Assembly (NCBI GenBank): GCA_964304625.1
Contig: OZ199839.1
Span: 8,852,221-8,916,220 of the forward strand
Direction of reading: 5' to 3'
Length of the DNA: 64,000 nucleotides
Origin: Kudoa neothunni
Taxonomy: Eukaryota > Animalia > Cnidaria
Part shown: positions 13,259-25,583 of the stretch, piece after piece
How the letters are laid out: every line of letters begins with the position of its first letter
How positions within the stretch are numbered: position 1 is the stretch's first letter
Made by a program: the position numbers and the translations under genes
The notes under the pieces: model-generated
Seen by the model: only the letters and a program-made list of their open reading frames with translations
The model's database searches: none
What the model was told of the DNA's origin: nothing

Positions 13259-14242
13259 TTTTTATATAGTTCAAGTAATCCTATTAGAAATCCTATTATT
13301 TTCTTTTTTTATCGATTTTTGTAAACAATTATAAATAGCAGGATTTACAAAATTTTGTTTGGGATTAAGACAAACTGAATAAATAAAATGAAAGCAATGC
13401 CCAAAATTAGTACCCATTTAATGCGATTAAATTGGCAGAACTCATTTCGAAATCAATAATATTTTTTGAAATATTTAAATTATTAAATCCCCATTTCTAT
13501 TCATTGAATTAACATTAAATTCAATGATTTTTTTATCTTAGTAATTTTTTGCGCCATCAACACTAATATAAAGTATTCGCTTGTTTCCTTATATGGAAAC
13601 TATTGATTACTCCATTATTGGTTTCTTTAGAATTAAATAGACGAAACTTTACGTTAAATTAATAATCTTTTTATTATAAATTTCTTTTATATTATATTTG
13701 TTATTTGATGCTAATCAACAATTTATATGCGTACAAAGGAATCCCTGAGAAAATGAGAACATTTAGATATGTTATTGATCGCTTGTTCCATTTTAATCCT
13801 TTGAACCCCAATGTCACCCCAGATGGTAATTTTCAATTCTGTGAGTGTTTTAACCATTTGGGTACATTTTTGAATCTATCTTTACTATAATAATATAGTT
13901 AATGTTAACTTGATTTTATATAGTTGAATTAGAAAAATTTGTGTGTTTTATACCAAAGCAATACAGATACAGATGAATATCTAACTTTACGGCAAGTATA
14001 AAAAAGACTAAAAGTATCCTGCAATTGAACTTGGGATCTTGAGGTTTCAGTAAAATTAAAAAATATACACATATAATATTAAATAATCCTGTTCTAAAAA
14101 TGAATCTAAGAAGAAGATATGTTTTGATATGTATACCATAGGGACAGATTAATCCATGTTGCCATTTAGCACCATGTGTGTATCTTTTTAATTTTTGAAA
14201 TTACTGCTCCAATTTTTGGATATTTTATACAAAATTATTTAA

Positions 14243-16653
14243 CTCTCTAACCGACTTGGGGTGTATTACACCCCGAAGCACTTTTATTCTGACCATAAAA
14301 TCTCGCGCGTTTTTTTTCAAATATTTTAAAATTTAGGCTATTCTCCTAAATTTGTGAATTCTAGCATTTACTAAAATTTAACGAAAAAAAACTAATTGGA
14401 TCACCCCCTAAAAAAATCCATCTTCTAACCAACTTGGGGTAAATATCACCCCAGACTTTTTTCTTAAATTTACTTTAAAAATTATTTTAATTTGAAATGC
14501 AAATTATTGAAAAATTCTATCGCAAGAATTTTGAGAAAAATAGAAATTACCACAACAAGTAATCCACTTCTGCTTATTTCGATAGCAATGTGCATTCCCT
14601 GCGAAAATCATGATGGATATAACTCGACTTTCTGCAGGTATAATATCCTTGTTTTTTTATTAAACAAATTGTAGGTCAATAATATTTATGATTAATTGTT
14701 TATTGATTTTGACTAAATGTCAATGTGATAATTCAATTCTGATTATAAATATGCCTCAAAATAATAGAGAGGGCTTACTCGAATAACACTTAGTACACAA
14801 ACAAGTTCCTGCAGATAAATTACAATGAGTAATCTTGATGAGTTTTTTAATTAAAATCTATCTTCTGAGAGTGAATTGGATGACTACTTGTTAGAACTAT
14901 CGAACTATTCTGACGAAATTTCAGAGAATGAGCTTTCTTACAATGCTACAACAAGCAAAAACGGAATTCTTTGGACAGTAAAGAAACCTACTTCATCGAG
15001 GACATCCATGGAGAATGCTATGAATTCCCATCCTGGCCCAACCGCATGCATACGCTACACAACGAGTCACAAATATTTTGGATTGCTTTGTTACATTTTT
15101 CACAACCCAAATTTGTGAAGAGATAACAAAATTTACAAATATATTTGGGAAACCAGATTTGTTGACTCATGGATTGATCCGGATGAAATAGAACTTAAAG
15201 GATTCCTAGGAATCCTAATATTAATGGCCATTCATAATGATAGAGAGGAGCCACTAACTGAACTTTTCAGTTTAACTGAAGGGAAGCCTATCTATCGGCA
15301 ACTCTTCACGTATCACCGATTTCAACAAATATTAAGATGTCTTCATCTTGATGACATGGCCACTATAGAACAACGGAGAGAAAACGATAAATTTTGTCCG
15401 ATTCGCAATGTATAGAACATGTGGATACAAATATTGCCGATGTGTTTTACTCCTAATGAAAATGTTACTGTTGATGAGCAGTTAGTATCTTTTAGAGAAA
15501 GGTGTCCATTTAGGCAGTATATACCGTTGAAACTAGCGAAATGCGGGTTGAAACTTTTCCTTCTTGTCGATCCTTTGGATAATTATATCGTAAGTATTTC
15601 TCCATACCTTGGAAAAAACGGAGGTGAAACTGGCCGAAGCTATAATGTTGAAGAAAGTATTGCCTTGTCTTGGCACCGTCGGTCCCTTTGTTCCATTCCG
15701 GAAGAACGATTGTGGCGGAAAATTTTTTTCATCCTTAAAGTTAGCGACCAAGTTATTAGAGAGACAGTTAACGTATCTGGAGACCATTCGACAAAGCAAA
15801 AGAGAATTACCATCAAGTGTTAATCCCTCCAAACACAGAGAGTTGTATAGGACCACCTTCGCATTTTTCAAAAAAATATGTTAACAAAAAAAGGAAATGT
15901 GTGGTTCCTTTGTTGACTGAGACTATTAAAACGAACATTTCTAGTGAATGTGAAAAGAAAAAGACCCAAACAATATTGTGGTACAACAAAACAAGAGGGG
16001 GAGAGGACACTGTTGACAGAATGTTGTCGTCTATCTCTGTAAGACGATTTAACAGGAGATGGCCCATGGTTGTATTTTTCAATATGGTCGGCTTATCATT
16101 AATAAATGCTTTTGCGTTATATAGAAACATATATAATGAAAAAGCGAAAATAAGGCGCACTTTTTTGAAGGAAATGGCCAAGACCCTGTACCAGCCGCTG
16201 ATGAACGGAAACATGAAAATAAATAAAGTCATCAAAAGATCTTCATCATCTATCCAAAATTCAAGTAACTTATCGTCAAAAATAAAACATGGACGTCGCG
16301 TGTTTTTGCCACGCCAAAATGACAAAAAAAACGTCCAATAAATGTTCGAATTGTAGTTAATTCTACTGCAAATTTTATTCTTCGAATAAATGTACAGATT
16401 GTGCTTAAGTTAAATCCTCATTTTTTATTAGTTTCTCAAAGTTTATTTCGTATCAAAAATATCGTTTGGTGGTTGTTTGATAGTAGTGTTTTAGTTTAAT
16501 CGAGTGCGATTACTTAATACAGTAATCTGAGTTTTCTCAAATTTCTTTCAATAGAATTATTTAAAAATTTCCAAATCAAATTAAAATAATTTTTAAAGGA
16601 AACTTAAGCAAAAAAGTCTGGGGTGATACTTGCCCAAAGTTGGTTGGAAGATA
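14243..16653 (+). mobile_element. piggyBac (PGBD4-like) transposon, frameshifted transposase
   Basis: TTAA|CTCTCTAACCGACTTGGGGT left end. The internal repeat 14420-14462 is the inverted complement of 16611-16653. Transposase fragments RFQQILRCLHLDD, VTVDEQLVSFRERCPFRQYIPLK, YNKTRGGEDTVD, RRWPMVVFFNM lie over ~14750-16410 with stops and frameshifts. Confidence 0.92.
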
Positions 16654-17013
16654 GTACTCTCCCGTAGCTTAGAGAATAAGTGCGCTCACCCAAAATATAG
16701 AATAACACGCGCGGTCCCGACTGGGTCCAATAAAATAGTAATAAGGGGGCTTTTAGCGTGACGGATAGGCCGCCAATAATAATCAGGTTGCGACTAATAC
16801 CTAACACTACTCAAACCTAATTTAATCTTGGCACACCAAATAATGGTGAATGGTAAGTGAGTGATTGCGAGCTCAGAATCAAAAAGACACTCGGCCAGCA
16901 TTATTGAGAATAGACGAAATAGACAGCGGCAGTAGCTCACTGTCCCAAAATTGTTAGATAAGCGAAATAAGGAGAAGCGAAAAGTGGACGATAACCCTTA
17001 GCAAAGAGAATGA

Positions 17014-17596
17014 TCATTCAACATTTTTCCATCCTTCTCTGAAAGCAGCGAACAGTTTGGAGAGGGCACTATCTATCTCTGGAGTTATATATCCTTCACC
17101 AGCTTCTCTTTTGATGAGACCAACAAGAGATAATTTGAATTGCTAAATAACGAGAATATAACGCATAGATTAGCAACAGTAGCAAAATAAAGTTAAACAA
17201 TACATCATATTCCTCTTCAGTGATTTTGATGCCAGTGTGTTGAACATTTCCTTCGGTGATGGCTATGTCTAAGCTGGCACCATCTTCAGAGCTATCGACT
17301 ACCTTCAAAGCACAGCCAAAATATTATCAGTGTGTGACTTGGTTTCTTCTCAGATTTGTAGTTGAAATGCTTTTGAAGATTGGGTTTTTGCTTCAACATA
17401 CTAAATAGGAAAGAGCAAGATGATGCGATGAGCAAGCAGTAGAACAACAGTAGATAGAGAATTGAATAAAACCAGTTAGTTACTCTGTGAACACCTCGTA
17501 ACCAATGTCAACATTCTTCTTACCACACAAGTCCTTCACTTCGCCAAAGACTCTTTTGACAAGTTGAGCAGTAGCAGGATCCAATTTAGAAATCAT
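17014..17596 (-). CDS. Globin with PheCD1/HisE7/HisF8 (globin A, 3 exons); two 1-nt deletions in exon 2
   Basis: Exons 17596-17484, 17400-17204, 17142-17014; introns (83 and 61 nt) at B12.2 and G7.0. Restoring 1 nt at ~17351 and 1 nt at ~17308 gives MISKLDPATAQLVKRVFGEVKDLCGKKNVDIGYEVFTD MLKQKPNLQKHFNYKSEEETKSHTDNILAVLLKVVDSSEDGASLDIAITEGNVQHTGIKITEEEYD QFKLSLVGLIKREAGEGYITPEIDSALSKLFAAFREGWKNVE. Confidence 0.85.
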
Positions 17597-19985
17597 CGTC
17601 AATTCTGTGCTTATTTAGATTTCCGATTACTTATGACAACAACAGAAATTATCTTTCGGTCTCTTATCAGTCCCCAATACTCATTATTTTAATGCTGTGT
17701 GGAGTCATGTCGGAACAATAAATTTGAGTTTTTAAACAATCCTAACTTTCCTATACAGTCTATCTATTAAAGCGAAGCTAATATTTTAATGGAAGCAACG
17801 TTAATTTTCACCGATTTCATGAAACGATATCCAATTATCTAATCTACATAATAATGATAAGGAGAATTTCAACTCGGTATGCCTTACAAATACATTCACC
17901 TATGGATTCAAACGGAAAATATTATATTAACTATCTATTTATATGAACCATAAACAATATAAAAACAATTATTCGCAATATTTACAATATTTAGGTTTCA
18001 AGTCATGTGCTGACCGTGACTTATGTCTTATCATCACAAAACCTACTATCCACTTGTTGTTGCTGCGAATAATCCTAATCAGGGAACGTTTTCAACCTTA
18101 AAATCCTACATATTTTAAAAAGTCGTGTTGGTATGTGTGGTTTTTTTCAAGTACGTCCGTAAGAAAATAATGCCGTCCTTATAGAAGCATCTCCTTTATG
18201 TATAGCCGCATTATCTAACCTATATTTGTCAAATCCGAATATTAAAACGCTAGTAAATATTGCATCACTCTATCTATAGATAATATTATGACGCAAGATT
18301 GTTGACATAACTGAAAATCAGATTATGTGATATTTTAATTGCTGTCCTTGGATATAAAATCTATTTCAAACTACTAAAAATTGAACTAAATTACTTCTGT
18401 CGGAAAATACTTACAACAATATCAATTTATTAATCCATATTCGGCTGATGGAATTCAGCTAAAAAGGAAATAATAATATTATCAGAGAAAGGACTATCAA
18501 CGTCATTGAAATCCCTATAGTTCGTTGCTATTTTAGAAGCAACGAACTATGCAATACCATTAAGTTTTTTGTTCAAACCATTTATATAATAATTATTAAT
18601 CATTTAAAGTCATTCTCTACATTAAATACAGTCGGGAGTATAGTTTCTAAAAAGCGTTGTGCGTGATATTCGTTATATTTAAAACACGAATCAATTAAAA
18701 CAACCATGCTAAAATTGTGGTCTAGAGTTTCAACTATAAAACCTTAATCCGATGTACTCTTAAACTCAAAAATTAACACAATTACTCTATAATTTTCTTA
18801 AATTAAATCAATTAAATTTTAATTAATTAATATTGCATTAAAAGGCGATGGTTGCATTTCATTCGTACCATTCTTCGTAAAAACGTCTATTTTCTATAAA
18901 TAACGCGGTCGTTTATCAGCCTACTTCTATATTTTAGCTTTTATTGTTTCCAAATTAGGTGAAACTGGTGGAAAAGCGTGATACGTGATGCATTTCACGA
19001 TCATCGCGCTATATCACTCCCGTGACCTGGCACGCGTAGAACCCCTAGGAGGGACTTTATGCCCGACCTATTGTTACTCAACAAAATTTTCGATATAAAC
19101 TAACCCAACTTTAACATACTACGAATGGATAAACATTTTTGTATTATTTAGAATAGTGAAATAATAACTTTAATTTTATATAAGGATAAGATTGATAACG
19201 GCTTTTCTCAAGTAACCAGTTAATACCTTTTAATGGGGTTTCCTTCCTAATCAGATTATCTGAAACCGAAACTATGTGATTACATGCCGGGAATCTAGAT
19301 ATTAGTAAGTAGCTGGATCCTGTTACTTTAGTTACAATATTTATATTCGAACCTAGCTTTGTGCTATGCTTGTTTTACTTTTTATTGTCCGAACATCATT
19401 TACTACATCGCTTATTCTCGCTAGATTTTAATGTTCGCTGAATCTGTTCGAATAACAAAACACAGCCCAAAACTCATATTACATAATTTTTTGAGGTGTA
19501 GAAAAACATATAGGGGAGAATTAACCAGTACATAACTGGTTGCGTGGGCGTTTGTGTTAAAGTTTAGATTGTGGGTGAACAAACCGGAGGCCTAATCCGA
19601 CCCTCAATTAGAAAATTTGTATTTCATGATAAATATTAAATAATTCAACATTAATGTTGTTCTTTAATTTTATATTATAGTTATCTACAGAAATTAATTT
19701 TCTGACTCCTGAGAGTTTTCTAATTTCGAAATCCCCCCCCCCCAAACAAAAATTGTTTATATGCCGCTGAATTAGATGATTGAAATATTGTTATGTTTAT
19801 TTATGTTAAAATAATCGATTGTTAGTTGTTAGTTTTATTTTGGCTTATTTTTGAAAGTTCTTCATATAGCAGAGTCTCCCCATAGAGGTCCGTGACTTAT
19901 ACTTTTAGTCCAAGAAAAAAATTTTGGAGTCGAGGATGCTTCATACTTAATGTGACGATTCTGAGTAAGCGGAATCTCCGTCGAG

Positions 19986-21071
19986 CAGCGTTGCCAACTG
20001 GGTCAGATTTTTTCTTAATGTCCTATTTTTTCCTAATGTTTTATTTTATCAGATTTTTTCGCTTTTGTTCTTCGATATATTGGCTAATCGCTAAACAGTG
20101 TTTAATAAGTAGGAAGCTGTTGCAAATTCTCAAAACATGAAAATGTAATCGTTGTTGATTTCATCATGAGAAATTTTCGAGTACGTAATTTTATAATTGG
20201 CGCAATGTTTTATATCAAATTAGAATATCTCCAGTAGAGGTTTACCATATGTAATTTCCAATTATATATTTCAATAATTAATTCTTAAAGTCCACGGCAT
20301 ATAAAAATTGAGACTAAAAAGGACATGTACAAATTCGTGAAAACAACCACATTTTAAAATGTTATACTCCAGTTGAGGCCAACATTTGGTATTTTTCATC
20401 GTTATTACCATTGATACACAGCTTTATCATAACCATGGACAATTTTGGAATTATCGCGAAGAGTTTTATGTGTTGGAATTTGGAATGTTTGAATTTTAAA
20501 AAAAGACTCCGACGTTTGTGATATCCAATGTTAAGCTATCATCACATTACATTACAAGTGTTTGTTATCAATTTTCGAAAGGTTTTAATTTTATTTAATA
20601 CCCAAAGTTATTATAATTTAGCTAAATATTATCTATTTGACCAATTTTTTCTTAATATGAATGGATGAATGGTCTTACATACAAATAAATATTGATCTGC
20701 TAAGTATAGTTATTAGATTTTATTCAAAAATCGGACGAAGGACTGTAATACGACTTTTTGAGCATTGTCCGTCAGAAAATATAGCACATCTTTATTTCAA
20801 TTAATTCTGATTAACGCTTTTCCGGAAAGAGCATTTTCTTTTTCTGGAACCGTCAAAACCATCAGAAAAAATAGCATGTTTTGCTTTATATTAGATGATC
20901 TTATTCGAATGAGATAATTTTTAAACACATCAAACAAGTGGTGGTATAACATTGAAGTTTCTGAGTTAATTATAAATTTACATAATTTTTATACATATAG
21001 TTAAGTATGAGTTCGACTTTTTACAAAAAATACTTTTCTTTCCGGATGCTTTACATGGGATGGCAACGTTG
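19986..21071. mobile_element. Non-autonomous hAT-like element
   Basis: TIRs CAGCGTTGCCA / TGGCAACGTTG flanked by 8-bp CCGTCGAG / CCCTCGAA (6/8 match, putative TSD). Confidence 0.6.
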
Positions 21072-22272
21072 CCCTCGAAATTTTAACATGTGCAATTCAC
21101 ACGCGATCAATGCTGAAATAAGGCTGGTAAACGATAATCATTTGATAGATTTTACTGGAAATTAATTTTTGTTTGGAGTCTATTACTTTTTATTTATAAC
21201 TGAGTTATTTTAAATGTAAATTAAGTAATTTAAAGTAAAATGATATAAAATAATTCCATTTTGATAAAATGTGTAAAAAATCTTAACAATTTTTTAAAAA
21301 TGGTTGAATTCTTTAACATTTTATCGTATTTTTTTAATTTAACTATAAGGAAAAAGAGAATGAAACTTCTATTGGCGTCAAATTTAACTTTTTGAGATAT
21401 TTTTATTTAATTATTTTAAATTTTTATACGTCAGGGTAAAATAAATTCGTATTTAAAAATTATATAAACTAAAAAATTATATTCATAATAATATCGCGTG
21501 TTCATTTAATACATTTAAATTTAAAATTAAAACAAAAAAAAACAATATCTCCAGTATGCGCTTGCGTCATTATTCACATATGTTATTTTGCTTAAAATAT
21601 TAACTATCTGTATCGTTTATAAATTATGATTTATTCATATATTTACCTACTATAGAACCTCATTTTGATTTAATTATTGCCTCAAAAAGACAAGAAAAAG
21701 TCAAAAAATTTAATTTAGTATCAGTTGTGTTTATTTCATTTACACCCTTTTTATCGTTAAAGTGGATCGATTTTTTTCTTTTCCATGTAATTTTATTAGA
21801 AATATTTTTTAGATCTAAAAATAAATTCGTTTATAACTTTATTTCAGAAGGGGTACGGAGTTTTCCTCATAAATGGATGGGAATTCGGAAACTAAAATTG
21901 ATTGGGAAGCTCTGTCACGTAGGGATATAACGTTAAGCTTAATGAATATTCATATTAGATATCTTGTTGAATATGCTACATTTCCATAATCATTTTTATT
22001 GATAACAAACGATGAATCTTATACTAATATTGTAAATTGTTGTCTAATTTGAAGAAATTCTAAATATTCGAATTCCTTGGAGTGTGCATCGCGTTGATTA
22101 AAAATAGTTAATAAACGTATCACGCTATTAGAATCTCTTAGTAGTCTTTAAGTTAGCAAATTATTTCGTTTATATACTTTCAGTGATCCTCTGATATTGG
22201 CCAAAATACTAGCAGATAGGAAAGATTTTATTTTTTGAACTTTTTAATAATTATTCAGCCCTTGATTATAAC

Positions 22273-22772
22273 TAGGGATCGTCGAATTTTTAATAATGTT
22301 TCGACGTTAATTTTCCGGTAATATCCAAAAGCTTCCGAAAAACTTGAAATAAATAATAACCGACAAGAAAATGATAGTTTTCTTGTTGAATAGATCAACA
22401 TAGAGAAGATGGAAAATTAATTAGGCTTTAAATATTGAGAGCAAAATCATCTCTGCAACAAAATAGAATCCACAAGCGAATAAATCCAAAGAAACATCGA
22501 TAAAAAATGGTTGAAGACACTTCTTTGCCAGCTAATTTTGTAGGGATAGAAAAAGTGGCAAAATTGAGAAAAATTTGGCTTCTGTTATGCTCTCGGCGTT
22601 CTTCCGCAATCGCTATTGGACAAGAAATGTTTTTTGCGGGGAAGTTGTTCCAACCTTTTCTAAATTTAAAATGTTTTAACATACATGCGTGTGCACTGGA
22701 GAATCAACCAAAATAAACGTCGATTTTAGTCGTCGAATTTTTTTAAAAAAACTTCGAAAACTACGATCCCTA
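22273..22772. mobile_element. 500-bp hAT-type MITE
   Basis: TIRs TAGGGATCGT / ACGATCCCTA, subterminal TCGTCGAATTTTT repeats, and 8-bp TSD ATTATAAC / ACTATAAC. Confidence 0.75.
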
Positions 22773-23460
22773 ACTATAACTATTTATCCTTTGCATTGAA
22801 TAAATTTTCTTACATTTATAACGGTTTTATATAATATATTTATCGTTGATGAAAATACTTTATTGGCAAATGATTAACACATTTAAATTGTTGGTATTTT
22901 TAATTATGTTAATAATACTTGTTTATTTTAATGCATAAAAATTTACTTAAAATAAAATTTAAAAAATTAAAGTTCATGTAGATGTGTAATATCGATAAAT
23001 CTTAATAAAAAAATTGGTAGAAATTTAAATGTGGAAAAATTAACTAATTAATCCATGTATAAATTAGATTTAGTTTAAATAAACATGAATCGGATCAATA
23101 TTTACCGAAAATATATCAATAGTTTTGTTTTTTAATATTGTACATTTTTCGAAATAGTAATAAAGTGTTATTATTATGAGATGAAAACGTTGATTAGTTT
23201 GTATTTTCTCTATGATAGTGTCAGAATTTCAAGTTAGACGATTGCCGGTAAGAAACCTATTAGCGCGACAACATTTTTGTAGGATATAACAAAATGTTAG
23301 TCTCAATTAAAAATGAGTTTGGTGTAAGAAAAGCCAAAATTTTAAAAGTCTTTAGCGAATCTTTGATCAAGTGTATTTGCGAAAAATACAAAAGTCTATT
23401 GATTTTTAATGTAAATCTACATAATAATGTATCTATATTATGTATATTCATAGATGTGTA

Positions 23461-24594
23461 TCACTGAGTTCCGTAGTATCGTTGGCCCATATTTAAAGGT
23501 GGGTTCTGTTCAATGGACACAGTAACAATTCTGACAGTGTCATATTTATCCATTATTAACTCTATAGCTACAAAAAATCATAAGCACGAATTAAAACCAT
23601 AATAATACCTTCACTGTTGATAAAAAGACACAACAGAACAACATTTTTAGGCTCAACATTACGGTTGACAACCAGCAGTGTTATTGTATCGGTAATGATC
23701 CTACTGTTCATTTGATCTAAAACAAATCGGTAATAAAAATTCCGAACAAACAAATATTTAGCGTACATATCGAAGGGTACACAATAAACACAATGTGATC
23801 CGAAAGGTTGGAAGGTATATGGGCAAAGGTGGACTAACGAAAAACAAAAATTAACTAATAAATTCACCCATCTGTTTTTATATTTGTTTATGAAAGAAGA
23901 GATAATCAACTCATCCCGCATAAGTCTTATAATCTTATAAGATTGAAATGTGGTAAGTTATTAATTAAGTACAAAATATTTCAAAAGCACCTGATAATAA
24001 CCATCTCTGTTGTATTCCATTAAAATACGACTAGTTTTTAGGGTGTTGAAACAGCAGGACAATCCTTTATCGATGATTTCACCTACGCACAAAAAACACT
24101 CAAGAGATGCTGTTCAAAAATCCGCATCATACCACTCCGAATAAGACTCACAATGTGGACCTTTGAGTGACAACTTACTCCATCGAATTGGCTGTGATTG
24201 TAGGAGGTGTAACTGCATGGTTTATATATTAAAAGGTCGGTAGATGCTTCACATACAATCTCGGTCTATTCAAAATCAATGGAGTTGATGAAACAACTTA
24301 ATTATCTACACATTCAAGCTGATTACCAGTCGATCAACATAATAAATATAATCTGCTCGGCTGGTGCATCTAAATAACAATTTTTTAAAGCAACCTTCCT
24401 ACCCTACCCAACCCAACCCAACATCAGATAGGATGATACTTGTTTTTGACCATAGTTATGAGGTAGTCGATATAATTGTTTCTTTCCACCGTGAATACGT
24501 TGTTGAAACGTTTTCCATCATTATCATTGGTAATTTTGGCTGGACTACCCGGTTGAAAAGCAGCACACCGGACTCCACACTCTTCGCCATTCAT
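23461..24594 (-). CDS. UPRT: Animal-type uracil phosphoribosyltransferase homologue (7 exons), divergent
   Basis: Splicing six GT-AG introns gives ...YLITMVKNKCTSRADYIYYVDRLTEIVCEAS...FDGVSCHSKVHIVSLIRSGEIIDKGL...FAHIPSNLSDHIVFIVYPSIYQMNS...VEPKNVVLLCLF...RIVTVSIEQNPPLNMGQRYYGTQ*. This matches UPRT (TSRADFIFY.DR, VSI.R.GE) and the short animal C-terminus (human-like FGQKYFGTD). Start codon uncertain. Confidence 0.9.
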
Positions 24595-25583
24595 CTCAAT
24601 GAAGCTCGCTAAAATCGGTGACTAATCTTCTATTTGATACAGTCCCCAACAAAAGTCTAATTAAAAGTTCGAACCATTTGGTCAATACCATATCATTCTA
24701 GACACCCATTCTAACAATATATATATTGTATACTCGAAAAATATGTACACACATATATGAAGTATTCGTACCAAGGTGAAAAGTTATGAACTATATGCAT
24801 ATTGATAACATTTAAGTCTATTATTTTTAGCATGTTTTTGTATGTCAATCGCACAGATAGTGTCAGTGGAAAAAGATATATACGCATTATTTTATCTTAA
24901 ATATATGTTCAGATCATTATATATAGCACAATTCATATTAAACATATTTCTCGAAATTTTGCCATGAGCCAATTTTCGAAATAACCTCTTTAAATAAATT
25001 CAGGATATTAAATGTAAAATAAGCGATAATTAATGATTTCTACCGAATCGAAACTTCTAAAAGATCTGCCACGCGAATAATTCAATGATAATTAACCTAT
25101 AAATAATAAAAATATTTTTTACTGCGATTATTTATATATATGTTGAATGCCTTTCTCAATTAATTGGTCAGATTAGCGGGCAGAACCCCCTCCTGAATTA
25201 CAAACTATTATCCTTGTTTTGGTAACATGTGGTATGATTTAAAAAATTTTTAATTTCAATAAAAATTATGTAATCGAAAAATCTCTCTTATATGACAAAT
25301 TATTCAGGAAATAACCCAAAAATAATCCTTCGTAAAACATCGAACATAACACTGATTTTGAAAAATTTTATTTAATGACTAAAAAAATTTCAAATCACAT
25401 ACAAAAAATTGAATAAATGCATATATTAGTATATAATGAGCAATAGAATGGCGTATCGTAATAGAATTGAGAACTAATGAAATCCGAACATTCCCGAAGA
25501 ATAATCATCCACTAACTAACGTTGGTAGTGTATAAAGGTGCCCTTGTGGTTAGGTCGTTCTTTTGTTATCTAATACATTTGAT

